Shown piece after piece: positions 51,932 through 64,000 of a stretch of DNA of 64,000 nt. The notes beneath the pieces are model-generated. The model saw nothing but the letters and a program-made list of their open reading frames with translations. It was not told the DNA's origin and did not search any database. The translations under genes were made by a program, and so were the position numbers. Source of the stretch: Paraspadella gotoi (taxonomy: Eukaryota; Animalia; Chaetognatha); assembly GCA_051294375.1 (NCBI GenBank), contig CM119264.1:30231656-30295655 (forward strand), read 5' to 3'. Numbering within the stretch: position 1 is the first letter of the stretch; the number at the start of each line of letters is the position of its first letter.

Positions 51932-52898
51932 ACGAGCCTCACAAGAAATAATCGGAGCGATAGAGTCACTCGAAAATGTAGGAGAGAACTTGTTTGTAAT
52001 GAGTTAGCGCAGCCACTGAAGAGTGAAGACCACATAAAACCCAACCTTGCCTCTTTCGACGTAGAGAGGTCATCGACCCTGCACAGATTATGATCCTACT
52101 CTTCTTTGCCAAAGAAATTTGGTTCAACTTTATTAGTGAAAAGACGAGTGCAGATGATTGGGATAAAAATGACGAACAAAATAACATCGAATCGATTTAT
52201 ATTGAAATAAGAAAAAACGAATATTGTCGTAATTGGAACTAAGTAGACAATGCGCCATTTATTTTTATAAGGAGAGGAAGAAAAACATTGGTTTACATTT
52301 TTAAACTTAGGATCTATATTGGCCAAAGCAAAGCGATAACTATGCAAGAGGGTCAGATAATTATGAGTTTGAAAGGCTATAGATATGAGGGTGATACTTT
52401 GGTTTGGCAAAGGGGTGGAATGAAAGTGTGGAGAGACACATTGGAAGGTACGACTCGCCGTGAAAAGTGAGGGACTTCTGCCTTCTGAGCGAGGGATTTC
52501 TGAAGAAGCAAAGGGTTTTCGAGATGGGCCACCGACGATGCGATGAGCCGGAAAAAGGTGGGCTGGTGATCTAACGAGTACTGCAGCAGCCTGGTGGGTT
52601 CTAGGCGATTCGTGTATGAGGTGAACTTACCTTCTGTCAATGTGGGATTGTGGTGAAAGAAGGTCAACTATCCCATCGGCCAAGGTAAGTGCGATGAGCC
52701 GTGAAGGGGGGGCTTGTGATTTAAATGAGTTGTGGGTTGAGTTGGGTTGAGGCTTGAAGACCCCATCGGCCTCCGAGGCTGAGATGAGACGCGAAGCAAA
52801 AATAGGTTAATGTAAGGAAGGATATCGTTGGTGAAACGAGTTTGGGAAACCGAGTTTTTGGCTGCTTGGTCGGGACTTGGCTTGGCTCCTTTGGCTGC

Positions 52899-53283
52899 TT
52901 GCCTTTGATTGGTCGGGTCTTGGCTTGGCTCGTTTGGGTCTTGCCTTTGATTGGTCGGGTCTTGGCTTGGCTTGTTTGGGNNNNNNNNNNNNNNNNNNNN
53001 NNNNNNNNNNNNNNNNNNNNNNNNNNNNNNNNNNNNNNNNNNNNNNNNNNNNNNNNNNNNNNNNNNNNNNNNNNNNNNNNNNNNNNNNNNNNNNNNNNNN
53101 NNNNNNNNNNNNNNNNNNNNNNNNNNNNNNNNNNNNNNNNNNNNNNNNNNNNNNNNNNNNNNNNNNNNNNNNNNNNNNNNNNNNNNNNNNNNNNNNNNNN
53201 NNNNNNNNNNNNNNTGGCTTGGCTCGTTTGGGTCTTGACTTTGATTGGTCGAGTCTTGGCTTGGCTCGTTTGGGTCTTGGCCT
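52899..53283. repeat. 42-bp minisatellite TTGCCTTTGATTGGTCGGGTCTTGGCTTGGCTCGTTTGGGTC spanning a gap
   Basis: Units at 52899 and 52941 and again after the gap. Confidence 0.9.
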
Positions 53284-53554
53284 TGACTTGTTTGGGTGTT
53301 AGATTTGTTTGTTTGTTTTGATATTCCCTTTGTATTAAATTTACGTTTCTTGATTTTCGAAGTGGTATTTTTTGTACTCGGCTACATTGTGATCGTCGAC
53401 AACCACAACAACAACGACAATGACGATTCAAATTTTTCGATCCAAATCATTGTGTTTCGTCTCTCTAAAGTTTCGTTGATCCAAATCGAAAAAAGCCTGA
53501 ATGATTTTCTTAACTCGTGACAAATCTTCACTTCTTTCTTTTCTTTTTGCTTTA

Positions 53555-53810
53555 TCACTCCATCGCTCATTCACTTTATCACTATCTCACTATCATCACT
53601 CCATCGCTCATTTACTTTATCACTATCATCACTCCATCGCTCATTTACTTTATCACTATCTCACTATCATCATTCATCGCTCATTCACTTTTTCACTATC
53701 TCACTCTCATTACTCCATCGTTCATTCACTTTATCACTATCTCACTATCATCACTTCATCGCTCATTCACTTTATCACTATCTCACTATCATCACTTCAT
53801 CATTCGCTCC
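53555..53810. repeat. 41-bp minisatellite CATCGCTCATTCACTTTATCACTATCTCACTATCATCACTC, about 6 copies
   Basis: Direct reading. Confidence 0.9.
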
Positions 53811-54279
53811 AACGAGCCCGTNNNNNNNNNNNNNNNNNNNNNNNNNNNNNNNNNNNNNNNNNNNNNNNNNNNNNNNNNNNNNNNNNNNNNNNNNNNNNNN
53901 NNNNNNNNNNNNNNNNNNNNNNNNNNNNNNNNNNNNNNNNNNNNNNNNNNNNNNNNNNNNNNNNNNNNNNNNNNNNNNNNNNNNNNNNNNNNNNNNNNNN
54001 NNNNNNNNNNNNNNNNNNNNNNNNNNNNNNNNNNNNNNNNNNNNNNNNNNNNNNNNNNNNNNNNNNNNNNNNNNNNNNNNNNNNNGAGAGAGAGAGAGAG
54101 TAGAGAGAGAGAGAGGAGGGAGGAAGGAGAGAGAGAGAGAAATGAGAAGAGAAGAGAGAGAGATAGACTTTCTCTCTCTCTCTCTCTTTCGCACCTTCGC
54201 TTTTATGTTAATTGCCTGTCGCAAAATGCACGTAGGGCTTGAAGCTGAGTTGGATGATATGGAAGGAAAATTAACTTTT

Positions 54280-54536
54280 GGACTTTATTTTCCCAAAACG
54301 CCCCCATTTCATCTTTTAATTCCAAGTTTTTGAGCTTAAAGATTAAGTTAGAGATTAAGTTAGGGATTAGGTTATGGAATAGGGTTAGGTGTTAAGTTAG
54401 AGATAGAGTTGAGGATTAGCTTAATGATGGTGGTCAGTGTTAGAAATTAGGATTAACGATCAGGTTAAATATTTAGGGTTAAAATTAAATTCAGGGATTA
54501 AGGAACTTTAATGAGGCGCTTTTCGTAAAGAGAGCC
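54280..54536. mobile_element. MITE-like TIR/telomere-like family, copy 5
   Basis: GGACTTTATTTTCCCAAAACGCCCCCATTT ... AATGAGGCGCTTTTCGTAAAGAGAGCC; core GTTAGGGATTAGGTTATGGAATAGGGTTAGG. Confidence 0.7.
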
Positions 54537-54605
54537 AATATTTCACGTGATTATATTTTGTGAAAGTTTACTTTTTTGCTTCTTATTATATGAAATTGGT
54601 ACAAC

Positions 54606-54851
54606 CAATATAAAAATTATCCATTCATTTAATAAATAAGCTATCTTGTCCCTGACTTTGGACAGGCTTTGGTGGTTTAAGGCCTCCATCACACTTACAA
54701 GATAATAACATAGCAGGTTTCTGCAAGCTTTCAATCAAGACTCTTTCACAGTCTCATTTATTCACTCCCAGTGAACCTGGCTTCCCTATCAATGAAGTGG
54801 TATAATATTTCAAAGAATGTTTCAATTGTATGAAAAGACCACTCCCTTAAG
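54606..54851. mobile_element. ~250-bp dispersed repeat, also at 17942-18195
   Basis: Shared CAATATAAAAATT..CCATTCAT..TTAATAAATAAG, TCAAGAC..CAGTC..TTTATTCACTCC, ATCAATGAAGTGGTATAA and terminal CCCTTAAG; flanks differ. Confidence 0.7.
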
Positions 54852-55591
54852 TATTAGATCGGGGAATACTATATTGTACTCCGCACTAGCATCAAAATAT
54901 TATATATAATTATATCTACTTTGCGATAAAAGTAATATCCTAAGACTAAGCTGTTAATATAATAATAAATAATTAATAAAATACTTTTCAGTTAATCCAT
55001 TTACGATTACCTACTTTCATACAGACTAGGTGTGCCCATTATTATTCGTTTGAGGTCATTAGCTCTCGTAAGACGTCGATTTATACGGCCCTTCAAGCCA
55101 CACTGAGTTTAAATCACACCGGATAGAGAGAAAGGGAGAGAGAGAGAGAGAGAAAAAAAAGAGAGCGAGAGAGAGGAGGGAGAAGAGATAGAGAGAGAGA
55201 GAGAGAGAGAGTCTCGGATCGGCGCCAAGTCCCTGGTCGAAAACGGCACCTCCTTGCAAAAGAGGAAGTCGCGTTCTGCCCTCTGGTGGGAATTCAAAGC
55301 TGTTCGGCCTTGACTGGAGGCTGAAGACGACGACGACGATACCGACGACGCCCGGCGACGCCCCACGACGCAGCTTCCGGGCGACGCCTTTCCTCAAGGC
55401 GCTCTCTCTTTCTCTCTCTCTTTCTCTCTCGCTCGCACGAGGGAGAATGACTCAAGGAAAAAGGAAGGGGGGGGGGAGAAAGAGAAAATCTGAAAAGTTA
55501 ATGAAGAAAAATGGAAAGAAATCTCGAGGAAAGAAAGTGTCGCGCCTTTTGTTTGAGAAAAAAAAGAAGCGGGAAAGTGTAGATGGCGTCT

Positions 55592-56051
55592 CGGCTCTCT
55601 TTTCCAAAAACGCCTCATTTCAGTTTCTTAATACCTGAACTTAATTTTACCCTCAACAACTAACCCTAATTAGTTACTAAATTCTAAACCCAAACGTCCT
55701 AATTTCTAACCCTAATCCTTAATCCAAACCTAATTTTTAATCCTAACCTTAAACTGTGCTCCTCAATCTTTATCCTTAACCTTTAACATAAACTTAAGTC
55801 CTAAACCCTATTCTTAATCCTAACCTTAATCCAAACCTAATTCTTAATCCTAACCTTAATCCATAAACCTTAATCATTTACCGAAACCCTAACCTTAATC
55901 TTTATTCTAATCTTAAACCTCTTGGTGTATTCAAAACCTTGCAAACGGAATGGGAATCCGCAAAAGATTTAAATCTGACTCTCTTATCGCATTTAATTCC
56001 TATTTTGAATATATAAAAACGAAACGGGGGAGTTATGGGAAAATAAGGCCG
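55592..56051. mobile_element. MITE-like TIR/telomere-like family, copy 6 (longest core)
   Basis: CGGCTCTCTTTTCCAAAAACGCCTCATTT ... AAACGGGGGAGTTATGGGAAAATAAGGCCG; ~260 bp of degenerate CCTAAC/CTTAAT hexamers. Confidence 0.7.
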
Positions 56052-56316
56052 GAGTCTCTAAGAGAATATGAGGAAAGAAGGAAAAAAGGAGGGAAAGTGA
56101 AGTATCATAAAACGGCATCCATATTGAGACGCGCGCCGCGGGGGGGGGGGAAGGGGACGGGGGGAAGGGGGAAAGGGGAGGGGGGAGATGAGGGAGGGGA
56201 GAGAAGGGGGACGAGGGGGGAAAGGGAGGAGAGGGGGAAAGGGGGCGAGAGAGAGAGGGAGGGGAGGACGATAAAGAAAAATATGAAGAGGATTTTCTTG
56301 CTTTTAAGACGAAGGG

Positions 56317-56347
<31 letters not shown>

Positions 56348-56936
56348 AGAGAGAGAGACGAGAGAGGGAGAGAGAGAGAGAGATAGAGAGGAGAGCGCGA
56401 AAGCTGCTAATTTTGATTGATACGTCCTTTTGCAAGAAAATGGGAAAAGTGTCGAGCTTCATAATCGATTTAAGGGGAAAAAACGAAATAGAGAAAGAAA
56501 AACTGAAACAAAGAAAAGAAAACAGTTTCTTAAAAAAAAATAAACAGTAATAACAAAACGAATTTTCTAACTTACCTATGTCACAAAATAACTAAAACAA
56601 AGAGAGAGGAGAGATGGAGGATGAGAAGAGAGAGAGAGGAGAGAGACGAGCACTCAAGACGGACGCAGGAACGAGTGACTGAGGAGCTCTACGCGGCTTA
56701 GATCTCCCCCGATGCAGGTGGAATGGCGCAGAGACGATCAACGGGAGAGACGACGAGAGGAGAAGAGAGAGAGAGTCATTTAAAATCGGCGATAATCGGC
56801 ACCCGTCGGTTCCAATCATTGTTTTCCAACAGGATTACCATTCACAAACACTTCACGGCCTCATATAAATCACCGACGTTGTCGAATTTAGAAGCTGGAA
56901 AAACCGGGATTTTTTCTTTCAGCAGCGGACGAGAGC

Positions 56937-56973
<37 letters not shown>

Positions 56974-57930
56974 CTCTTTTTTCCAAAAAAATATATCGAA
57001 AAACGAATTTGCCCGGATTTTTTTTAAATTTCGACACAATTACTTTTTTTTATTTTTCTTCGTGTGAAAGATTAACTCAACACAATTACTTTTTTTAAAA
57101 TGGTTTCATTTTGTCGGAATTTGTTGGCGAAATGAAATCGGCGGATTTTTTGTTTTGTTTTAAATTTTTAATAAATTTGTACTAACTCTGATAAAGGGAG
57201 GGTTATTAATGTAGACTGCGCTGCAGATTGATCGATCCTTATATCCCAAGGCAAAACCGACCCTCGACCAGTTGTTGTTTGACGATCCGAAAAGAGGACA
57301 ACCAATCACGTCGCTAGGCCAACCAAGTTTGTTTATTCGTTCATTCCGATCGAAACAAAGAAGAAAAACAAAGAACGCCAAAACGAAACGACGCAAAACG
57401 CCACGAAACACGTTTCCGTTTTCTCTCACTCCCGCTAGAGGAGGAAAAGGGTGGCTGCAGCGGCGGGCGGCGGCGGGCGGCAGCGGCAGCGGCAGCGGCA
57501 GCGGCAGCGGCGGTGGAGGAAGGGGCCGGGAAAAACCGACTTTGGGTAACAAATTCCTCCAATGAATTCTCATGAAAAGAACGTTTTCCCCGTTTTTATC
57601 GGATTTTGAAAATGGACGGGAAGGAATAGGGAGAGGGAGACGAATGGAGAGGAGAGAGGGAGAGAGAGGAAAGAGATAGTGAAAGCGAAAGTGTTGTGAA
57701 AAAGAGATGGAGAAACATAAAGTGAGAAAAATGGTAGAATACAAATTGTCATAGAAAGTAGGAGGGGTGAGAAAAAGTGAGGTGAAACTCATTAAACGTA
57801 CGAGAAAGTGTGAAGCTGTGAGTGACAATGGTTGTGAATAGTTGGATGCAATGCTGGAGGAAGAGCAAAGGAGAAAGATTTGGGGGGAAAGTAGGAAATG
57901 CGAAATACAGCGAAGAAATTTCAAGAAATG

Positions 57931-58001
<71 letters not shown>
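57931..58001. repeat. (TTTC)n microsatellite
   Basis: Direct reading. Confidence 0.95.
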
Positions 58002-58003
<2 letters not shown>

Positions 58004-58204
58004 TCCCTCCTCTTCCTTTTCCATCTGATATTGATCAGCCTTCTCTTCTTCCTCTTTGCCTATTTCTCATTGGAGATTCGGAAACGCGTGATTTAGACGA
58101 CGAAACCTTTTTCCGTAACACTTTTGTTTTTCTCAGATTACTTTTTTAAAAACGTTGTGTCTACGAAATATGTAGAGAAAGGGAAGCGAAGAGAAATGGA
58201 AATG

Positions 58205-58740
58205 GAAAAGCAGACATAAGGGAGACGGGGAAAAGCAGACAGAAAAAGCAGACGGGAAAGGCTGACGGGAAAATCAAACGGGAAAAGCAGACGGGAAAAG
58301 CTAACGGGAAAAACAGACATAAAGGGAGTCAAAAAAAGCAGACGGGATCTGGCGACGGGCAAACTGGGGAAGAAAGAACAGGGCAACAGCGACGGGCAAA
58401 CCGGCAAAGAAAGAACAGGGGAACCACAGCGACAGGCAAGACTAGCAAGAAAGGAACAGGGGAACAGCAAATGGGCCAAACCTGGCAAAGAAAAGATAAC
58501 AGAGGGAAACATGACGGGCCAAACGGCAAAGCAGAAGAAACAGGGGAACAGGCCAATGGTGGCAAACCGGAGAGAAGAAAGAAAGAACAGGGGAACAGCG
58601 AAAGGAACCGGCAAAGAAAAAGAACAGGGGAAACAGTGACGGGGAAAAACAGAGAGGAAAGAACAGGGAAAGATGGCGCAAAAGAAAGGAGAACTTCGGG
58701 CCAAACAGGAAAGAAAAAAAACAGGGAAACAGGGACGAGG
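58205..58740. repeat. Degenerate purine-rich minisatellite (ACGGGAAAAGCAG and AAAGAACAGGGGAA units)
   Basis: Repeated GACGGG(A/C)AAA and AAGAACAGGG motifs. Confidence 0.7.
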
Positions 58741-59033
58741 ACGAAGGAGTCGGAGTAGGACCCGAAAGAACCGGAGAATGTCGAAGTCGAAAGAAAGAGA
58801 AAGGTGAAAGACGATGGGTTGGTGGAGTTCAAACAAAGTCCTCCCGCCATTTTCCTTCGACGGCAGAGGGAGGCAAATCCCAATTTAAATACTGAAAACG
58901 GTTCCAAGGATCAGAAAAAAGATTTCGATCCCTTTTGCCAAAGCATTGTGATGGGAAAAGATATTTTCTCTCGCCCTCTGCTCTCTCCTTTCTCTCTCTC
59001 TCCTTCTCTCTCTCTCTCTCCTCTCTCCTCTCT

Positions 59034-59071
<38 letters not shown>

Positions 59072-59227
59072 ACCTGCGCCATTCTTGGATATTTCGGTTC
59101 CACCCCTTTCGCTTTCATGGAGTTTTTGAAATTACATCCGTTTTGGGCCGTCCCGTAACGCGATAAGGCTGATGGGTGAAAAACATGAGAAAAAGAGCTG
59201 AGAGTCTGCGAGAGAAGTGGAGAGAGA

Positions 59228-59261
<34 letters not shown>

Positions 59262-59276
59262 AGATGGAGAGGAGAG

Positions 59277-59307
<31 letters not shown>

Positions 59308-60512
59308 AGAGAGGGACGGAGAGAGAGAGTGAGAGAAAGAGGTAGGCATGAGAGAGAGTGAGAGAGAAAGAAAAAGAGAAGCAGAGGAGAGGGAGAAGGA
59401 GACAGACAGACAGAGACAGAGACAAAGAAAGAAAGGAAAGAAGGAAAGAATGAAAGGAAAGGAAAAGGGAAAGAATGAAAGAACTGAAAAGCAAAGAAAG
59501 GAAATGACAAGGACATGAGAAATTGATAGGCCTTACTCCAATCATATAGTATTGCCAAGTATAACAAGCAAATAGTGTTTTGGAGGGAGATGTTGTAAAT
59601 ATTTTAAAATTAAGCCGTACACCAATTTAGTGATCTAAAACTTTCGCTTGCAAAATATTTGTCATCCTCTAATATATTCTCAGTTCCAAAAACGCTCATA
59701 ATAATTTCAATAGCAAAAAAAGAAAAAAAAGAAAGAATATTCCCCATGGATAACCTCTTCAGCATGTCGCCTCTTTTTGCATTAAAAAGCGGCGATTTTG
59801 TTTAAGTAGAAAAAACAAAGGAAGAGAACGAGGAGGGAGCCCGGCGAGATTCTTGGCCGTTCATTATCCATTTTTAAGATTTCTCAAAGGCTGATAAGTA
59901 TAGGATTTCCTGCCAAATTTTATATTTTTTATTTACACTTGGTTTGGTCATTATTTACTTTCATGTACCACTTTTGGCGCATCTGCAAAGTTTTACTTTT
60001 CATACTGTATTTGCGTGCACAAAATTCTCTAAAATTATAAGACAGTTGCATTACATTCTCGTACACCAGGCTAGCTCTTTCTTATCCGTCTATCTTTTTT
60101 GTGCTTTTTTGGTCACAGGTCACGTTACCCGACAGGGCGCTTTAACCCGTCCAGTGGTGTAACATGTTGAGTTGACAGTGCCTGTTACCGAGAAGCTCAT
60201 GGACTTCTTATATATTTAGCGAACTCGTTTCTAGTCTACTAACATAACACAAAAATGTTCTCTCAATATAATTGTGTCTATGCTTTTATAGACTCTCTCT
60301 CAGTTTTACATCTATGCGGAGCATCCCAAGTAGATTTCAACGCGTAACAAACCGATTCTCTATCTCTTTATGCAGCATATAAGTGCTGATACGCGTAAAT
60401 TTTTTTAAGAACAGCCCGAATACATATATATTTTACAGAAATATACAGCGATGATAAACAGTGTTAGTTTTTGAAATGATTTAACAACGATTATTTTGAA
60501 ACATTAATACTT

Positions 60513-60569
60513 GACATGTTCGGCTCTTGTTCAAGTTCTTCATCAAGGAAACAAGAGCCGAAACGTGTC
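60513..60569. ncRNA. Inverted pair of PLE-type hammerhead remnants
   Basis: Minus strand CCTTGATGAAGAACTTGAACAAGAGCCGAACATGTC; plus strand AACAAGAGCCGAAACGTGTC; the two halves form an ~19-bp hairpin; related to the 42077 motif. Confidence 0.45.
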
Positions 60570-63500
60570 CGTTTAGTTATATGATATCTCCAAATCAATA
60601 TTCTGTTGAGTTGTCAATTCCCTTCATTCTCAAACTTTTCTCTAAATCATACGACACCACACACCGAACACTCGACACAGAGCAATCCTCATTAAATGCC
60701 TATAGATTTAAACACGTTTAAATCCTTCTATCCACTACACTAAAATCAGACCAGGAACAATTAGTTGAAACAAAAGTAATTCTGGATAACTATGTAACAT
60801 AATATTTATATAATATAGGCTAAGTAAGACACCTCAGGAGAAAAAGGCGTTGTGTGACAAAAAATATATTGAGAAAACTCAATACTCTCGCATTATGTGC
60901 TATAGTCTCGTATTACAGTATTTCTTTCAACGCTGATATAACACATCGAATTGGGTGTGGTTCATTCGTGAATCATAGAATTCGCGCTGAACATTTTGCG
61001 CGAAATCGGAATTAAAGAGGAATCAAACTGGATCGGCGACTCTGGAGATGAAACTTTTTGCAACCCCTATAGGACTCTCTGTATTGTTTGATTGTCGTCA
61101 CATGCTCTGTCAGTGACCGCATGAGGCATTTTAAAATTATCGGTATGGCTACCCGTTGGGCGTTGGGAGAGGGAAAAATTGGCAGCGAATATAAGATTTT
61201 TTGCATTCTAGAGAAAAAGGAAGATAGAAACTCGCGCTTCGTCGCAATCCACCTACGGGAGGAGAGGGAGGAGTAGATTATGTGGCTTGTGATTAAAGAG
61301 ACTAATCACCCGGGAGAGTTGGTCGGAGTTTGCGTACAGGTTGTTTAAAACCTCAGAGTTAATACGCACGAGCTCTAAAAAAAACCACTTAAGAAGTAGT
61401 GAGTTCATGCCGTGAGAACAATTGTAGTTTTTAGTCGTTTGGCTTTCAAGCAGAATTCGTCCGACTTGTTAAATCTTCATTACTTTGTGTCTCTCGCTGG
61501 GGTCCCGAGTGAGGTCCTTCACCCTCTCAAATTGTCCGGTGCATTTCATAATCTGTATTTGATCAGTCAATTGTACAGATACATTTTAATTGTTTATACT
61601 TAAACTGTATGCCCCCTATTATCTATTATTCAGAATGTCCGTCAGCTCACGTACTCGTCGGATTCCACGTACACAACACTTATAGCAAAGACAGAAAGAC
61701 CATCTGCACTTGCTTCTAGTCTTGGACTGGTGGATGGACCTTATATAGCCTTAATGCAACTATATATGCTCTGGTGATTACATGGTTATACGAGTGTAAT
61801 TGTAGCTGCGATTTGAGTTTTGATTGAATCGGGCGAATTGGATAATGAGTTATGAAAAACATAAAAACCTCTCTTACACTCAAAGTCCTTATTTCACTCA
61901 TTTGAAATCGCACCAACACTTCAACTCATAGTGAGAGGGGGGCCGACTGCTATGAAAATTCTCGATGCATTGAGGCGGGTAGGGGACGGTGTCGTGTATA
62001 AAGCTGTGAAAGATGCCTTCGCCTTTTGCAGTCACTGTTTCGTGTAGAAATGCTTAGTTTTTCTCCTGATTGCTCGTTTTTTAAATGGAAAAAAACCTAA
62101 AAAAACCTGTTGTTACCCGTAGACTTTGTTATTGCTTCTTTTTCCTTTTTCTTGTCTAAATTGCTATGACTGTAGTATTTCTCAATAATTATCTACTGTT
62201 AATTAATCATCTTAGTCATATAATCTAACATATACTCTCTCAATTCTAATTCTCCTGGCACATTAATCAAATCAAATCAATTAATTAATTAATTCAATTA
62301 ATCAATCAAATCAGTTTTATTTATAATTTAATTAATTACTTTCAATCATCTATCGCCTATCCCCTCTGTTCGTTGCTCTGCTTTTTGTCGTCGTCGTCCT
62401 GTGGTTGCAAATAGACCCTCGTACAAATCATCTCAATACATTTCCCCAGATCACTACTTCTAATCTTTAATTTATTAATCTATACATTTCATTTTAGTTC
62501 TCTATACTCTATCTAGTACTTAACTTTATATTACATATACTCCGCTAATGATATCGTGGGCAGATCTGACATTGTTTGTTCAATCCTTTTAGTATACATG
62601 TAACATGATATAGGCGTGGTGAAATAACATACGAAAGTTCTTAAAAAGGTTAATTATCTCATCACAAGCTCCTCGGTGAGTGACGTGTAATTTTGATAAA
62701 AAAGAAAATTATATTTATGTTTCTTCTTATTTTATCTCTTACTTATTTCTTACTATATATGTTTATATATATGAGATACTTTCTTATAGATATCGAAAAT
62801 TCTCTACGATATACGCTTTTCTTAATTTCTTTTGCAGCATTTGAATTCCTTCTGTCACTAGTGATTACATCGTGCATATACTCTAACATCATATTTTTAA
62901 TACTTTTCTTCTTAAGTTGCGGTAAAACATTTATACTCTAACAAATCATCTATCTATCTTTACTTCTATAAAATTTATTTTTTCAGCTCCAAAATATAGC
63001 TTTTCTAATTTTGATGCACACGTTAGTTGTAGTGAACTGAGTATTGTGTTTTCGCTCGATAATAAGTGTGTATATCTTCTTTTTATTACTAATGATTCTA
63101 TATTTTTGATGTACAATAAATCACTAAACCTTCCTCTCCTCAGAAAAATCTTAGAAACACTAGTTTTGAAATTTTTAACATTTATTAGGCTTTATACTAG
63201 GATATTATAAGGGAATCCTTTACTAGACGTAATTGTTATTAAATTTATTATACAAAAATTTATTTTACTATCAATCATTTCATTTTAGTATCATTTGGCT
63301 TGTTTCGTTTTCTTCTATCTTTTTTCTTTAATTTTATTTAAAACGTTATAATTTAGTTCTAATTTTTACTACGGTCTTCCTCTCTTGTTACTATTGTGAT
63401 ACTCTATATCTCGATTATTGTGCATATCAAATATCAAATTGTCTTTTCTCCTCCGTGTTGATGAGGTATCTTCTTTAACTAGTGTCCCGTTAATACTTCA

Positions 63501-64000
63501 CCTTTCGCGTTATTCATTTCTTTCTTCCCATACTTTTCTGTGCGTATCTACTTTACGCTTTAGGTTTCATAATGTTTCTATGATACCTATACGTCCGGTG
63601 CTTTCTGTATAGCTTTCTGTGCTATTAACAATTATAGCTTTAATTCATCTGTTGCTTCCTCCCTCTCGTAACTAGGAGAGTTAGGAAGACAAAGCAGTAG
63701 ACATTTGCTAGCATAAAACATCTACTGCGTCTCTCTACATAACTCTCAGTCTAGATTTCACATCGCGATACATGTGTATTCGTGTACTCTCTCAATGTTT
63801 ATTTTTCTATTCTAAGCATTTCTATCGTACTTATTTCAAAATGGTTATTGATGATTTTGTTGCGGCACGTGAGCGTGTACATGTTATGACGTCGTGTTTT
63901 CTACTCTCTCTCATTAAACTGTCCAAATGGTTGATAAATAATCATATTTCACATATATATAACCTTAGTGTGACCAACAAGGAACGAGAAAGAGGAAAGA

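Noticed and set aside
52721-53431. TQTSQAKTRPIKGK repeat protein
   Set aside because: 42-bp minisatellite open on both strands across a gap, with no supporting coding context
259-54242. Long ORFs containing runs of X
   Set aside because: They read through N gaps and are not evidence of coding sequence
55660-55920. True telomere or chromosome-fusion scar
   Set aside because: Hexamers are highly degenerate and enclosed by TIRs shared with five other copies
57160-58907. 254-aa and 232-aa minus-strand ORFs
   Set aside because: Low complexity or minisatellite derived, with no recognisable domain
62693-62941. Hydrophobic 82-aa ORF resembling a mitochondrial membrane protein (NUMT)
   Set aside because: T-rich composition explains the hydrophobicity; no adjacent mitochondrial genes or tRNAs were recognised

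Overview
Eukaryotic, AT-rich, microsatellite-saturated DNA ((GA)n, (GTC)n, (ATTC)n), most likely intergenic or intronic sequence from an invertebrate draft scaffold. No intact protein-coding gene, rRNA, intact tRNA or CRISPR array is supported. Nearly all listed ORFs are translations of simple repeats or N-gaps. Much of the large-scale structure looks like assembly artefact: five gaps of exactly 25 N, most adjoining indel-riddled duplicates. These include an ~11 kb palindrome (22.2-33.3 kb), a scrambled duplication (6.7-19.7 kb) and a tandem duplication (48.0-51.2 kb). Probable biological signals are: (1) frameshifted Penelope-like element (PLE) reverse transcriptase and GIY-YIG remnants on the minus strand at ~11.0-14.3 kb; (2) two related PLE-type minimal hammerhead ribozyme motifs (42.1 kb, 60.5 kb); (3) a six-copy MITE-like family with ~28-bp TIRs enclosing degenerate telomere-like TTAGGG arrays; (4) a 1.12 kb TTAA-flanked Kolobok-like non-autonomous transposon; (5) Helentron/DINE-1-like repeats; (6) two distant segments (22.7 and 48.4 kb) that differ mostly at synonymous sites, suggesting an unidentified coding module; (7) a CpG-rich promoter-like patch. 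All protein motifs were read by eye across frameshifts and need computational confirmation.
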